From Anthoceros angustus (taxonomy: Eukaryota; Plantae; Anthocerotophyta), in assembly GCA_010909165.1 (NCBI GenBank), contig MU008177.1, positions 372,001-436,000 on the forward strand: a DNA stretch of 64,000 nucleotides, given 5' to 3'. Below, piece by piece: positions 11,055 through 24,482 of this stretch. A program made the translations under genes and the position numbers. Under the pieces are notes generated by a model. It had not been told where the DNA came from. It saw only the letters and a program-made list of their open reading frames with translations, and searched no databases. The number at the start of each line of letters is the position of its first letter. Positions within the stretch are counted from its first letter, which is position 1.

Positions 11055-11541
11055 TACTTTCTCGTATCCGCTCCAACCATGGAAAACCAATGCTTCCTCT
11101 CTATCTTCACACCCATGTGTCCTTGAAGCTTAGGATGATTATAGGCCATCTTCGGGTGGGGTCCCATCATCTTAGGGTTGAGACTCATAGATGGCTGCGT
11201 CCAAAGCCACTAAAGGAGACCCGAATATGCAGGTTATGCAACAGGGATGTTGAGACCGAGAAACACTTTGTTTTCCTTTGTTCCATATATGAAGATATCA
11301 GGCATACATTTATCAATCTATTTACAACAGCTCGATCTTCACTTAGGGGTTTTTTCAATTTTCCTGACCTCTTATTGCAGGAATTTGCTTGAAACAAACG
11401 TGGGAAATGAGGACCACCCAAATTCAACTTCTCGACTTGCCGGATATTTGATTATCCTTCACAGCACTAGTCTCTAGGCCAGACTCAGAATAGCAGTTAA
11501 TTTTCATGATAGTCTCTCTGTATATCTATGTCAGATCAGTC
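11055..11541 (+). mobile_element. 5'-truncated RTEX-like LINE; its extreme 3' end resumes at 15135-15160 after the Mutator-like insertion
   Basis: ORF 10877-11392 contains IIGHLRVGSHHLRVETHRW..PLKETRICRLCNRDVETEKHFVFLCSIYEDIR. The 3' UTR aligns with the 8800-8960 copy, and CCATGACGGAAATCCGTC follows at 15140. Confidence 0.82.
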
Positions 11542-12479
11542 CAATGGCCGTTCTATCAATCTCCGAAGGCCATTAAGGCCTGCCACTCACCGTACCGCAC
11601 GGTCGTTGCAGGCCATAGCCTTCCCGAGATCATGCTATGCACATATGCTACCATGGTTTCAAGCTCGTTCCGTCGGACCGTAGCGGTGTAGAGTGAGATC
11701 ACGGTTACCACCATTCATGTAGGAAATCCGGGTCAGGGAAATCTTTACCTTCCGCACACATATTTTCAAAAGACTTTGTTTCAGCCCGCTCGCGCCGCAA
11801 GTTGCTTTGCAAAGCCAGCTCGATCTTCACAATGCAACCGGCCCCTACAATAAGAGAGAATGTTCCAGCTCGCGTTGTAGCCTTCAATTTATAACTGCGT
11901 TGTAATCTGTGCTATCTTAACCCGTATAAATGCGAGCTGCCCTGAAGCTTGCACTTAGAGAATTAAACAACACTTACATAAATCCTGCAAGAGGAAGCTT
12001 AGCTGGTGTTTAGGGGGAAGCTTGTACTTAGAAGCCAACGTGCACTTAGTAGCAACATTAGGGAGAAGCTTAGACTTAGGATTAGTCTGAAATGGATCTA
12101 AATCTGTGTACTAGTGTAGATGAACTACCTCCTGATGTATCATTTGTTGTACAGTTGCCGAAGGTTGAGACTTTTAATGGCAGCGACCTCCATTGGGTTC
12201 TATCAAGTGAGAAGCACTCATAGTGGACACATGGTGACGAGAAGACCGTGCGAATTGCTCATATTATGTGTTACAGAGTAGAAGACTTTGTGGTAGGAAT
12301 GGCATATGATGCAAGAGCATGCTACCAACTTCTACAAGAAGGACTCTAAAGGGCCCAACAGTTTACCTCGTCCCAATACTCCTACAGTCCACACAGCCCT
12401 TACATACACTAGGTCTGGTCTTCTTATAGCTGAATGTGGCAATGTCTCTTCTTGTGCGTAAAATCCTTTTGCATCAAGA

Positions 12480-14077
12480 TCTTGAGGCTTGGAACCCATG
12501 TTTCACACTTTCCCTCTGAGAACTTTGCAAAGTGAAGCAGTTACTATTATGGCCAAAAGTGGCAGCGATTGGGCTTTTCGAAGACAAACATCTCGACATG
12601 ACAGGTATCCTTTGTTATGGAGTTTCTTACCAGGGCATGGCTCGAGATGTCTGTGCTGCTTGGCTGTCAAATGAGAAAAAAGATTGGACAATTGAAACAT
12701 TGGTGGCATGGTTGTCAGCACTATGCATCCGGGTTGAGCAGCATGATTTTACTTGGACACCGAGCAGCTACCTTGTGCACGACTGTGAGGCAGAAATCTT
12801 TGCTATTCAACAAGTCTGGACTCGTAACATGCCCATCCTGCTGTGTTTGTGGCACGTGCGAAAGGCATGGAGGAAAACTCTATTGAAGAAGGTAAGGTCG
12901 GAGCCCGACAGGATCTCGATTTGAGCTGAACTTGGTGAGATCATGTATGTCAATGGGTTTTCAGTGCAGATATTTGCGTGGCTACAGCAGAAGCTATGTT
13001 GGACTTGTTCTATGCACGTTGGGCAGAAAGGCAAATTGTGTTTGTTAAATACTTCAGGGAACAATGGGGCGGGACTATAAGTATGTGCCATGGGACCTTT
13101 AAGTTCATGCACTTGGTTCCTGCTCTCCTGTTCGTCTCTAACTAAACTGCTTGTTATTTTGGAATAGTAATGTGGCTCTGCCATGCGAGGATGCTGCCGC
13201 ATGCTGGGCAGAATACCACTTCCGCTGTTGAAGCCTTCCACAGATACATGAAGGAGAGAGCATGTGTTTCCAAGTCCAGTTTAGCAGGCCGTCCGGCTTG
13301 TGAACATTGTTGCACGACATTTTTGGTATCAACATTTCACAAAGGAAGGTGCTTATAAATACTCGCAACAAGAAGCAAGAGATGTTGGAGGAGACAGCAC
13401 TTGCAGGTGCTGAAGGTATTCTCATTAGTTCAGTCATATTGCCACACTCTGAACACGTGCCTGCCCAGTGCTTGTCCACTAGCTCGCCTGGAGAATGGTA
13501 CGTCATAGACCATGTTTTTTCACCGTGGGCTACATATATGTGCCCCATGGGTCTCAAGGCCTTCATTTGCAAGCATGTTATTCATGTGCAACAACTTCTT
13601 GGTGTGTAGAAAGATGGCACTGTTAGATCTCGGGAAAGTTCTCGGACAAATGGAGCATATGATATAGCCTTGCCAGAGACAACAAACCTGGCTTTGTCCT
13701 TCTGGTTACAAGACCAAAACAACCCACATATTGTTCTTCCAAATAGCCCATTGATTGACCCTGTGCCCAAATCAAGGTTTGAAGCTACAAGAGAAATACG
13801 GTTGAGCACAATTGTTGCAGGATGCAAGGAGATCTCAGATGCTGCTTATGAGCACAGAGAGTTAGCTTTTGATGTTGCTGTTATTGTGAAACAAGCCATG
13901 CATCAGGAGAGGACGTTGGTAGATCAACACCTTGAAAAAGGCGTGCAACCATTCTCAGAGAACGAAGGGCCTAACACATTGAAGCGATTGAAGTCATTTG
14001 ACGAGAGGCCGAGGAAAAAGAATAAGAAGATTGTATCTTGGAATCTTAAGTTACGGGGGAGTCAACAAGAGAATTGA
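12480..14077 (+). pseudogene. Degenerate MULE DDE transposase with SWIM zinc finger
   Basis: YLVHDCEAEIFAIQQVW..ILLCLWHVRKAW (second Asp region and CxxH), NTTSAVEAFHRYMK (catalytic Glu) and MCPMGLKAFICKHV (SWIM); split by stops and frameshifts. Confidence 0.82.
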
Positions 14078-14455
14078 GTACACACGAAAGTAGCTGTGAG
14101 AATTTTGTAAGGGCAATAGTGACAATTTTGTAGACAGGTCTCGAGATGCTTATGAGCACGAGTTAGCTTTTGATGTTCTTGTTATTGTGAAACAAGCCAT
14201 GCATCAGGAGAGGACGTTGGTAGATCAACACCTTGAAAAAGGCGTGCAACCATTCTCAGAGAACGAAGGGCCTAACACATTGAAGCGATTGAAGTCATTT
14301 GACGAGAGGCCGAGGAAAAAGAATAAGAAGATTGTATCTTGGAATCTTAAGTTACGGGGGAGTCAACAAGAGAATTGAGTACACACGAAAGTAGCTGTGA
14401 GAATTTTGTAAGGGCAATAGCTGTGACAATTTTGTGTAGACAGTCTCGAGATTTG
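13845..14455. repeat. About 300-bp direct tandem duplication at the transposase 3' end
   Basis: ORFs 13670-14077 and 14187-14378 share an identical C-terminus. The second copy has collapsed short repeats (gatgctgctt to gatgctt; cacagagag to cacgag). Confidence 0.9.
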
Positions 14456-14629
14456 AAAATTCTACTCAGTAGAGTACTCGGTGGTGGTCTTCAAACTTGT
14501 TATGCAGCCCAGCATATAGGTAGTTTCTCTTCTTCGTTATGAGCCAAATCCCTTCGTGTTTCTGAGCACATAGCTCTTCATGTTTCTGTTTATATGTCTC
14601 CCAATTCCCCTCACTCACAACTGTTGCGC

Positions 14630-14745
14630 TCCATACTTTGCTCATCTTGTACTCTGCCACAGCGGGTCCAAGACTTTGCTCATCTTTGCTCATCTTGTAC
14701 TCTGCCGAAGCAGGTCTCAGACTTTGCTCATCTTGTACTCTGGCG
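14630..14745. repeat. Subterminal tandem repeat (ACTTTGCTCATCTTGTACTCTG core, three copies)
   Basis: Core visible three times with about 40-45 bp spacing. Confidence 0.8.
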
Positions 14746-15283
14746 CACCGGGTCTCCAGTCTTGTACAACTCGCACCTCAAAAAACACGATAAACGGACA
14801 TGTCCTCGTAAACGGGTCCCCGTTTACGGGCGACGCAAAACACTTAAAACACGGCATCAGCCGCTAGGGCGAACGGCAACGTACCTAAGCATATCCTTAA
14901 GATCTCCTAACCCGGGATCTCTTACTCGACAGGCTAACCGTGATTATGTAACCCGCTGAGTCAGATACCCGGCACCGTCCCACGGGACTTCTTAGTCCCG
15001 CGGCTGGTACATCTTAGGGCATGGTCACATGATGTACATTTGATGTGCATGGAAATAGGGAGGGCATGGGCACCTACGGCCGTGCGGTACGGCGAGTAAC
15101 AGGCCTTAACGGCCTTCGGGTATTGATAGGCATGCAGTCCCATGACGGAAATCCGTCTTCATACTGGTGTGCTGCAGGGAGATAATAATCTACTTATCGT
15201 AAATATTGTACAGGTGTGAGTATGTTCTTATTCTAGCTGGCATGGCAGGCATACCAAACCAAACCAGTGCACAAATATCCTCT

Positions 15284-17713
15284 TCACCATGTCACTCCTT
15301 CCCGCTTGGTGATGACTACAGGACACTTGTCCTTGGGCCTGTGAAATGGCAGGTACTCCTCCTCGCCGTATAGGTTCAATGGCTGCATTCTGTTGCACAG
15401 AGCGAAAATGCGGCAGGAAAGTGAGTAAATAGTAAGCCGTTGCGCAACGCTGCTTCCCTTCCACAAGACATCCAGGATGGAAGCGCTTACTCGTATTTGA
15501 GAATCATGTAGTGGACGAAGACGGAAATCTCTAGTTTTGCAAGTTCCTTGCCAGGGCACAGTCGACTTCCCAATCCAAAAGGTACAAACTGGCCGGGCCT
15601 GGGAATGAAGTTCTGGATGCCAGATGGAGAGGCCACAGCGTTATGCCATCAGTCAGCACTCCAGAGAATTCATGGGTACCGACGGAACAACAAGGGAACG
15701 TGACCACAACTTCAGGAATGTCATGTCGGACTTACAGTCCACCGATCAGGGTCGAACTTGGTGGGGTTGGGGTACAGCTCTCTGTCCATGTGAATGTTTC
15801 GTAAGAAAACTTGCACCATCCATCCCTTTGGGATGGTCAGGCCTGCACAAGTTTGCAAACTCGTGCGTCAGGGTCTGCTGGTACAGGCGATGTCCGGGCA
15901 CAAAAATCTGTACATGAATGTACTTGCTTACCGTCGTACTCCACGGTTTGTAAAGCCTTCCTGAACACCGATTGAGAAATGTTGGCGATCCTCAAAGTTT
16001 CATCGATGCACTGGTCACAAGACAGAGATACATCATCGTAGGTTAGCCAAAAGGAAAAACTCCCCTTCCGCGGTAGCCAGGAGATTGATTCCAATGGATT
16101 GTAGCCAGGTCAGGTGCATTCGAACTGACATACCACCGAGAGGTACTTCATCTTTCTGAAGTCGGCGAGAGTGATGCCTTCTCCTCGTTTCTTGCCGTCA
16201 CGAATGGCTTGCTGCTCCTCCTGCAACATTGATGAGCAGGCCGGCGTTGAGGAGCACAGATTATCGAACGGAGCAGAAATTCATGAAGTTCCTTGTTGCA
16301 GCACGATAGCTACAGCAGAAATCAGCGCCAATCGGACGCCCACCTTGATCTTCCTGAGCACCTCAGGATTCCTGTGCATTTGGATGAGAAGCCACATTGT
16401 GGTGTGGGCTGACGATTCATGGCCGGAGTTCAAGTACATGAGCAAAATATCCACCAATTCGGGATCGGTGAGAGGTTTGCCATTGTCGTCCTCCCACTCC
16501 ATCATGGTCTGGAGAATATCGTCTGATTTGGTTTCGCCAGGTTTCTGTGCCCTCCTTTTGTCCATCTCCGCCTGAATCAGTCGGACGACGCGTGCTCGGC
16601 TCTGAAGGAGCGGAGAGCTCTTTATTGCGGTAATCCAGGTGCAAGCAACGGAGGGGCGCGCTGGCCATGGTCGGATGAGGCTCACCTTCAGCGCTTTGTA
16701 GTACGCCGTGCCGGGCAGGTTGATGGGCATGGCGCGTATGGCCGAGTTGAGGTCGATGAAGCTCTCGAAGAGGGTGGTTGTCTGTGGGCTCGGGTCGTAG
16801 CCCACGAAGATACTGGCGATGATGTCGAACGTGAACTGCACGCAGCGCATCATGTCAGATCATGTCTCATGTCTGCAAGTCTTGCTCGACTCACGGAATT
16901 CCAACAACGTTAACGCCCCCAGCAGCAGGCGGAAGGCGATGGCGTCCCAAGCCCAGACTGGTGCGATTAAGCAAACGCACACTTCTGAGCTCGTCCAGAA
17001 AGAAGATGCGGTCCCGGGAGGCCCAGCCGTCGAGCGTGTTGAGTGCGATCCTCTCGATGCGGGGGATGTAGCTGGAGAGCACGTCGAAGCCGTTGATGGT
17101 GCGCATGGTGAGCGACCGCAGGCGCTTGTGCACGTCGGCCTCGATGCAGGCGAAGGAGTTCTCGCCCATGAGCCTCTGGGTGGTCTCGGGCCAGCTGGTG
17201 TAGAAGAGGTCCTCGTTGGTCAGCACCAGCTTGCACGTCTCGGCCGTGGTGGCCAGCACCATCGGCTTCCCGAAGATGTGTGTCTTGTACAGCCCAAGCT
17301 TACCCCACCTGCACGCACGCTGTATGAAAACGCCCTAAAACACAGTCTGCAATCTCGGTTAAGCGAGTGAACTCTAGGAACCTGATGTCCACGGTTCGAA
17401 CCGCGGGAGCAGCATCCAGCTACCAGACAGTGCCGATTAGAACAACATCAACAACGAACAAAAATCAATTCCGTCGCCGTGCTCACCTCTTCACCATGTC
17501 GCCCACCCAGCCTTCGGGATTGCCCGACTTGAAGTAGCGCAGGAACTCTCGAATGACGCCGAGGGCAGGCCAGCCGAGGTCGCCCGGCGGCATCTTCTTC
17601 CCGGGAGCCAGCTTGGGCTCGAACACCCAGCTGTTGAAGCGGCGAGCTGCAGCCAGCAGCAGGCCCAGCAGGGCCACTCCCACTGACACGGCCACTCCCG
17701 CAGCCGGTGCCAT
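15284..17713 (-). CDS. CYP88: Cytochrome P450 of the CYP88 family (ent-kaurenoic acid oxidase-like, CYP85 clan), multi-exon
   Basis: TM anchor plus PPGDLGWP; YKTHIFGKP; I-helix [14 protein letters not shown] (CYP88 signature LMYLNAGHESS); K-helix IDETLR; FDPDRW; heme motif [21 protein letters not shown]; short introns; stop at 15284. Confidence 0.9.
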
Positions 17714-17869
17714 TCTGTGATGAAGATTTTCAACTTTCTTCTTCCGAGTTGTTTCTCCCAGTGTCGACTCAGCATTGCGATTGCAGCGGTGGAAAGCGCC
17801 TTAAATGCGCAGGCTCCCGAGCTTCCTGCGATGCGCTCCTGCTCGGCTTCAAAATTGACGGGATTCGCT

Positions 17870-19430
17870 GTTGGTGAATTTTGGACGTACTATTCTATGT
17901 TCGGATACCTTTACGGTCCACGGGGATGCCTCTATTTTGGGAGCTGACGTAGGAGAGTGTGATCCGATTCCATACCAATCTCCCTTGTCGTCGGATTGAA
18001 GCGCCATGTTTGTGCTGGAATTTTGCAAGCTGCTGTAGGATTCGACGTAATATTCACTGTCCGGATACCTTACGGCCCGAATGCCTTAATTCTGGGAGGT
18101 GACGGAGGAGAGCGTGATCCGTACCAATCTGCCCCCTGGAGAGATTGAAGCACGATTCTGTCGGTTTCGAGTTGTCGGATGCTTTTCCTTTCTCCATGAT
18201 TCTCTGGGATAACATTGTTAATAGGAGATCTCGCTGTTCATCGAATGTTTTTTGGGAAGTACATCTGTTAAGAAACTGTGATATACATGAGAAGCTCGGG
18301 CATCATGGCATGAAGCGTTTATAGTCCTCTCATAAGAAGCTTGGGCACGATGGCATGAAGCGTTTGTAGTTCTATCATAAGTAAGAAGCTTGGGCACGAT
18401 GGTATGAAACATTTGTAGTCCAATGGTTAGGAGAATCAGACCTGGGTTCGACTTCCTGTAGACAGATGCATTGCCTATGAAAGACACATTATCATTTGTT
18501 GCATAAAGTATTTGAAATGCATATCGTATTGTTAAATATTTGGTAATATCTAACAGTGGAGTCCAATATTTAGTAATATCTACCAATGTGACCCACGAAA
18601 TATTAGACTATCTAATATTTAGTAATATCTAACGGTATAACCAACAAAATATCGGACTATCAATCAGTGTAACCCATGAAATATTAGACTGTCTAATATT
18701 TGGGTAATATCTAATAGTGTAACCAACAAAATATTAGACTATCTAATAGTGTAACCAGCGAAATATTGGACTATCTAATATTTGATAATATCTAACAGTA
18801 TAACCAATAAAATATTGGACTATCTAACAATGTAACCAACGAGCAAAGTATAGACTCTTGAAAAGAAGTGTCGTGCGATTGAAAACTTTTAAATTGGAGT
18901 TTGTGTGTGTCTCTCCATAACTTTTACGAACAAGACGTGTTCTTTCGTTCCCTCACATAGTCTTTTTGTGGTCATCTTGAAATACTCCAAATCAAATATA
19001 AAATAAATTTATATCATCAAGTTTCTCAATCGCCTCTTCAAGGTCGTGATGTGCTTTTGGGGTTTATGGCCGTAATATCTTGAGTTCGGATCGGATACGC
19101 ACGGGGATGCCTCGAAGTTGGTACTTGACTGAAGAGAGTGTGATGCATATCAATCTCTCCATAGGTTTCTCACAAGGTTTGTGCACGAATTTTGAAAGAA
19201 GCTGTCGGTTTTGAACAATTGGATGCTTTCCTTGTTTTGGATGATTGTTAGATAAAACTATTGATAATTTGTCCTAGTCATCGAATATAAAGTTGAGAAT
19301 TGTAGGAACGCTTAACTAAATGCTTTTAACCATATGCTGGGAATTGTTTTGAATCATCTGCATTTGTACTCCAATGGTTGGGATAATCGCTTTACAAGCA
19401 ATCGACCCGAGTCCTACTCTTAGTAAATGC
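17870..19430. repeat. Degenerate repeat-rich intergenic block (probable non-autonomous transposon relic)
   Basis: Three diverged copies of a CGGATAC...GATGCCT...GAGAG.GTGAT unit (about 17885, 18045, 19075), three 45-49 bp units GAAGCTTGGGCACGATGGCATGAAGCG (18291, 18336, 18385) and many AATATT(A/G)GACTATCTAA units at 18530-18840. Confidence 0.65.
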
Positions 19431-19888
19431 ATTTCAAAAATTGTTTTTAAATGAATTAGTTACTTCATTTTAATTCACAGTTAAAAAAGACAATGGAACT
19501 TGCACTTAAAAAGCATAATGTTGTTGCAACCTTATGATGGAATTTGAACCTAAAAAGCATAATGCTGCTTCAGCCTTATGACATTAAGCGCTAAGCACAT
19601 GTCAAAAAAATAGAAATTGAACTTTCATTTTGATTCAAAATAAAAGAGATTCAAAATAAAAGAAAAGGAACTAGAACTTGAACCAAAACTAAACTTGGAA
19701 TGCCGCTGCACAGCCTTGTGATAGCAGGCATTTGAGATACATTAAAAACATGAAATTCAGACATAGCAAGCCATTCAACATACATTAAAGAAATAGAAGT
19801 TGGACTTTATCGCTGCAGCCATGTAATACAAGGCATTCAACATACATTTTGGACTTCACATCCTGCAATGCTGGAAAAGACTTAGAAC

Positions 19889-22800
19889 CGCTTCCCATGC
19901 GGCCGACATGAAATTACTGAAAAAAAATTTTACCGTCTTTTGTGGCTCCTCATATTCCCAGATGTGTTTTGGCCCTCCCCTCTCCCCTTTCTGCATATGG
20001 GGGCATAATTTGGACCATTTATGGATTGCCGACGGTGTCCTCACCCGATAATTCTTGTCATTCGCAATGTTTTTTCCCAATTATAGCATCTGCTCCCCGA
20101 TAACTCCTTCACAACGATGTTCCCAATTATGGTATCTTCTCCCCGGCACCTCCGTTTCGAGCCAATGAACACCCTTAAAATCTGTGATGGTGTTGATTAT
20201 TTTCGTTACTTGGAAAGCACTAAATCATTTCTATCAAATTCTTTTTAGCTGTATGGAAAGCGGTCTTACAAACAATACTATTTCATATTGTATAATGTAA
20301 CATGTCATTCAAGTTAAGTAAGTAATATTTAAAACCTTCATTGCATGAAAAAGAATAATTTGCACAAACAATACTATTACATATTGTATAACAGAACATG
20401 TCATTCAATAGTTAAGTAAGTAATATTTAAAACCTTCATTGTATGAAAAAATAGATAATTTGCACACACCATGTGCTCCGGAAAAAGTAGGTAACATGCA
20501 ATTGAAAGCCTTTAAGTTGGAGACTTTAAGTTAGTATTGTTTGTTTATGTGGCTCTCTTGTATCCATCCTAAAATACTCTAAAATTCATATAAAAAAAAA
20601 TTTAAGCCTTTGCTTTCTCTAATGGCCTCTTTAAGTTCACCAAATCATCTACCTTCATCTTTAACTTTTAAATGTAATAAACTCTAGATTGATGATATCC
20701 AAATTTTCTTCCACTCATTCGGATGTTGAAGATCTCCAACCACAAAAGTATGCACCAGGCCGTCCATATCTGTCCACCAGCTCTGGCCTGGTTGCTTCCA
20801 TGCTCCAATTCCCTTTCTCCTTATTTGCATCTCCTGTGCCTCCTCCCACATCTTGGCACCGGTATATATATTGGACATCAACACATATGCTGCAGCATCT
20901 TTTCATCAAGCCTCACTGCTTCTTGGAAAGCATGGAGTCCCACCTCAAGTTGCTCCATTTCTGACAAGCACCCAATAGACTGCGCCAAACTGCAGCAGGA
21001 GGAACTACAGGCATCGTCCTGACCACTTCTAGTGCCTCGTCCATGTGGCCTGCACGGCCCAAGAGATCAACCATGCATGAGTGGTGCTCCATGCTGGGAG
21101 TTAAGTTATAGTGTCTGCTCATGGCCTCAAAGTACTGTCGCCCCTGCTTCACGAGACCTGCATGACTGCAAACTGTGAGTACACTTAGGAATGTGATCCC
21201 GTCTGGCTGTACGCCATACTCTGTCATTCTATGTAGCAAGTCCAAGACCGCTTCAGTGTCTCCTTGATGAGTGTATCCTGTGATGAGTGCATTCCAGGCA
21301 ACAATGTCTTTGCGGGGCAAAGCATCAAATACTCCCTGCGCGTCAGCCATAGACCCAGACTTTGCATACATGTTTATCAAATTGATGGCAACAAAGGCCT
21401 CATCTTGAAGCCCTTGTATACTAATCTCAGCGTGTAGCTGCCTTCCTGCATGCAAGGCCGCCACATTTGCACATGCCTGCAGGAGGCATGTGAATGTTAC
21501 AGAATCGGCTGGAACACCTTCGTCTTGCATTGCATTGTAAAGACAAAGGCTTCCTGACCCCTGCTCTGCAGGGAATATCCTGAAATCAGAGCATTCCAAG
21601 TGACCACATCTTTCTGCCCAAGTCCATCGAACACGCTGGGCATCCTCCAGGCTGCAACACTTTGCATACATGTTTATCAAATTGATGGCAACAAAGGCCT
21701 CATCTTGAAGCCCTTGTATACTAATCTCAGCGTGTAGCTGCCTTCCTGCATGCAAGGCCGCCACATTTGCACATGCTTGCAGGAGGCACACAAATGTCAC
21801 CGAATCAGGGTGGGGTTCGTCTCCTTCTTGCATTGAACTGTAAAGGTAAAGGGCCTCCTGACCCATGCCCAGCTGAGAATACGCTGCTATCATAGAATTC
21901 CACGTCACCACATCTTTTTGACCAAGTTGTTCAAACAGGCTCTGGGCATCCTCAGACTTCCACATTTCGCATACATGTCTACCAAGCTGTTGGCCACAAA
22001 CACATCCGCCTGGAGCCCTTGCTCTTCAATCTGCACATGAATTTTCTTCCCCTTCTCTAAGGGTACCCAAACGTGCACATGCCTGAAGGAGGGACACAAA
22101 TGTAATCACATTGGGTGCATGGATACCTTCCTCTTGCATAGCACCGTAAGATTAAGAGCTTCCTGTCCTATCCCTGCTGGGAGTATCCTGTTATCATGGT
22201 ATTCCATGTCACCAAAGTCTTGTGCCCAAGACCGTTGAACACGATTTTGGCATCGTCTAGGCTGCCACACTTGCATACATGTTGACCAAACTGTTGGCTA
22301 CAGACACATCACCATGAAGCCCTGCTTGACAATCTGTGTGTGGAGTTCCTTTCCTTCTCGAAGCTGCTTTACCCACACTAGCACAAGCTTGCAGGAGACT
22401 CACAAAAGTTACTGAATCAGGTGCGGATGCCATCTTGTTGCATATCACTAAAGAGACGAAGGGCTTCCTGACCCATGCCCTGCTGAGAATATCCTGCCGT
22501 GAGGGTATTCCACGTCACCACACTTTTTTGGTCTAGTCCGTCAAACACTTTCTGGGCATCCTCTAGGTCGCCACACTTTGCATACATGTTCACCAAACAG
22601 TTGGCTAGAAATAAATCATTGTGAAGCCCTTGCTCTTCAATCTCACCATGCAGCTGCTTCCCCTCCTCCAAAGCTGGGGTGCCTACACCTGCACACGCCT
22701 GTAGGAGGCAAGCAAATGTCGCTTCATCAGGTAAAGCCATGCCTTCCTCTCGCATAGTACTGTAGAGATGAAGGGCTTTCTGACCATGCCCTGCTGGGAA

Positions 22801-23695
22801 TATCCTGCTATCATGGCATTCCATGTCACCACATCTTTTGACCAAGTTCATCAAACACACTCTGGGCATCCTCCAGGCTGCAACACTTTGCATACATGTT
22901 TACCAAACTGTTGGCTACAAAACCATCAGCTTGAAGCCCTTGTATACTAATCTCAGCGTGTAGCTGCCTTCCTGCATGCAAGGCCGCCACATTTTGCACA
23001 TGCCTGCAAGAGGGAAACAAATGTCATTGAATTAGGCGCAGTGATGCCTTCTTCTTGCATAGCCCTGAACAGATTAATGGCTTCCTGCCCTCCGCCCTGC
23101 TGGGAGTATCCTGCTATCATGACATTCCACGTCACCACTGTCTTTTGAGAAAGTCCATCAAACACACTCTGGGCATCCTCTAAGCTACCACACTTTGCAT
23201 ACATGTTTACCAAACTGTTGGCTACAAAACCATCAGCTTGAAGCCCTTGCTCTTCAATCTCACCATGCAGCTGCTTCCTCCTCCAAAGCTGTGGTACCCA
23301 CACTTGCACATGCCTGCAGCAGGCACAAATGTCACAGAATCTGGAACAGTGATGCCTTCTTCTTGCATAGCACTGTAAAGATGAAGGGCTTTCTGACCCA
23401 TGCCCTCCTGCGAATATCCTGCTATGATGGCATTCCATGTCACAACAGTTTTCTGACCAAGTCCGTCAAACAAGCTCTGGGCATCCTCTAGGCTGCCGCA
23501 CTTTGCATACATGGTCAGCAAACTATTGGCCACAAACAAATCTGTTTGAAACCTTTCTTGCTCTAAGATTTGTGCATGAAGCTGCCTCCCTTCTCCAAAG
23601 CTGGGGTGCCCACACTTGCACATGCCTGCAGCAGGCACAAATGTCACAGAATCTGGAACAGTGATGCTTTCTTCCATATCACTATAAAGTTGAAG
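19889..23695 (-). pseudogene. Error-rich redundant copy of the 3' part of PPR-C and its downstream flank (probable assembly duplicate)
   Basis: 19889-about 21640 matches 23696-about 25440 apart from many 1-3 nt deletions; the remainder consists of PPR-C triplets broken by frameshifts. The junction to the second copy is the 7-mer CGCTTCC (23696-23702; also 19889 and about 32244). Confidence 0.75.
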
Positions 23696-24482
23696 CGCTT
23701 CCCATGCGGCCGACATGAAATTCGAAAAAATTTTACCGTCTTTTGTGGCTCCTCATATTCCTGCATGTGTTTTGGCCCTCCCTCTCCCCTTTCTCGCATA
23801 TGGGGCATAATTTGGACCATTTATGGATTGCCGACAGTGTCCTCACCCGATAATTCTTGTCATTCGCAATGTTTTTCCCAATTATAGCATCGCTCCCGAT
23901 AACTCCTTCACAACGATGTTCCCAATTATGGTATCTTCTCCCCACCTCCGTTTGAGCCAATGAACACCCTTAAAATGATGGTGTTGATTATTTTCGTTAC
24001 TTGGAAAGCACTAAATCATTTCTATCAAATTCTTTTTAGCTGTATGGAAAGCGGTCTTACAAACAATACTATTTCATATTGTATAACAGAACATGTCATT
24101 CAAGTTAAGTAAGTAATATTTAAAACCTTCATTGCATGAAAAAAAGAATAATTTGCACAAACAATACTATTACATATTGTATAACAGAACATGTCATTCA
24201 ATAGTTAAGTAAGTAATATTTAAAACCTTCATTGTATGAAAAAAATAGATAATTTGCACACACACCATGTGCTCCGGAAAAAAAGTAGGTAACATGCAAT
24301 TGAAAGCCTTTAAGTTGGAGACTTTAAGTTAGTATTGTTTGTTTATGTGGCTCTCTTGTATCCATCCTAAAATACTCTAAAATTCATATAAAAAAAAATT
24401 TAAGCCTTTGCTTTCTCTAATGGCCTCTTTAAGTTCACCAAATCATCTACCTTCATCTTTAACTTTTTAAATGTAATAAACT

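Larger units (their letters stand above)
11542..15134 (+). mobile_element. Mutator-like (MULE) DNA transposon with about 100-bp imperfect TIRs
   Basis: Left end TATCAATCTCCGAAGGCCATTAAGGCCTGCCACTCACCGTACCGCACGGTCGT matches the reverse complement of about 15075-15130. Flanked by CAGTC(C) on both sides (11537-11541, 15135-15139) and encloses transposase remnants. Confidence 0.8.

Noticed and set aside
15284-17713. Terpenoid biosynthetic gene cluster around CYP88
   Set aside because: No terpene synthase, second P450, dioxygenase or transferase is recognisable nearby.
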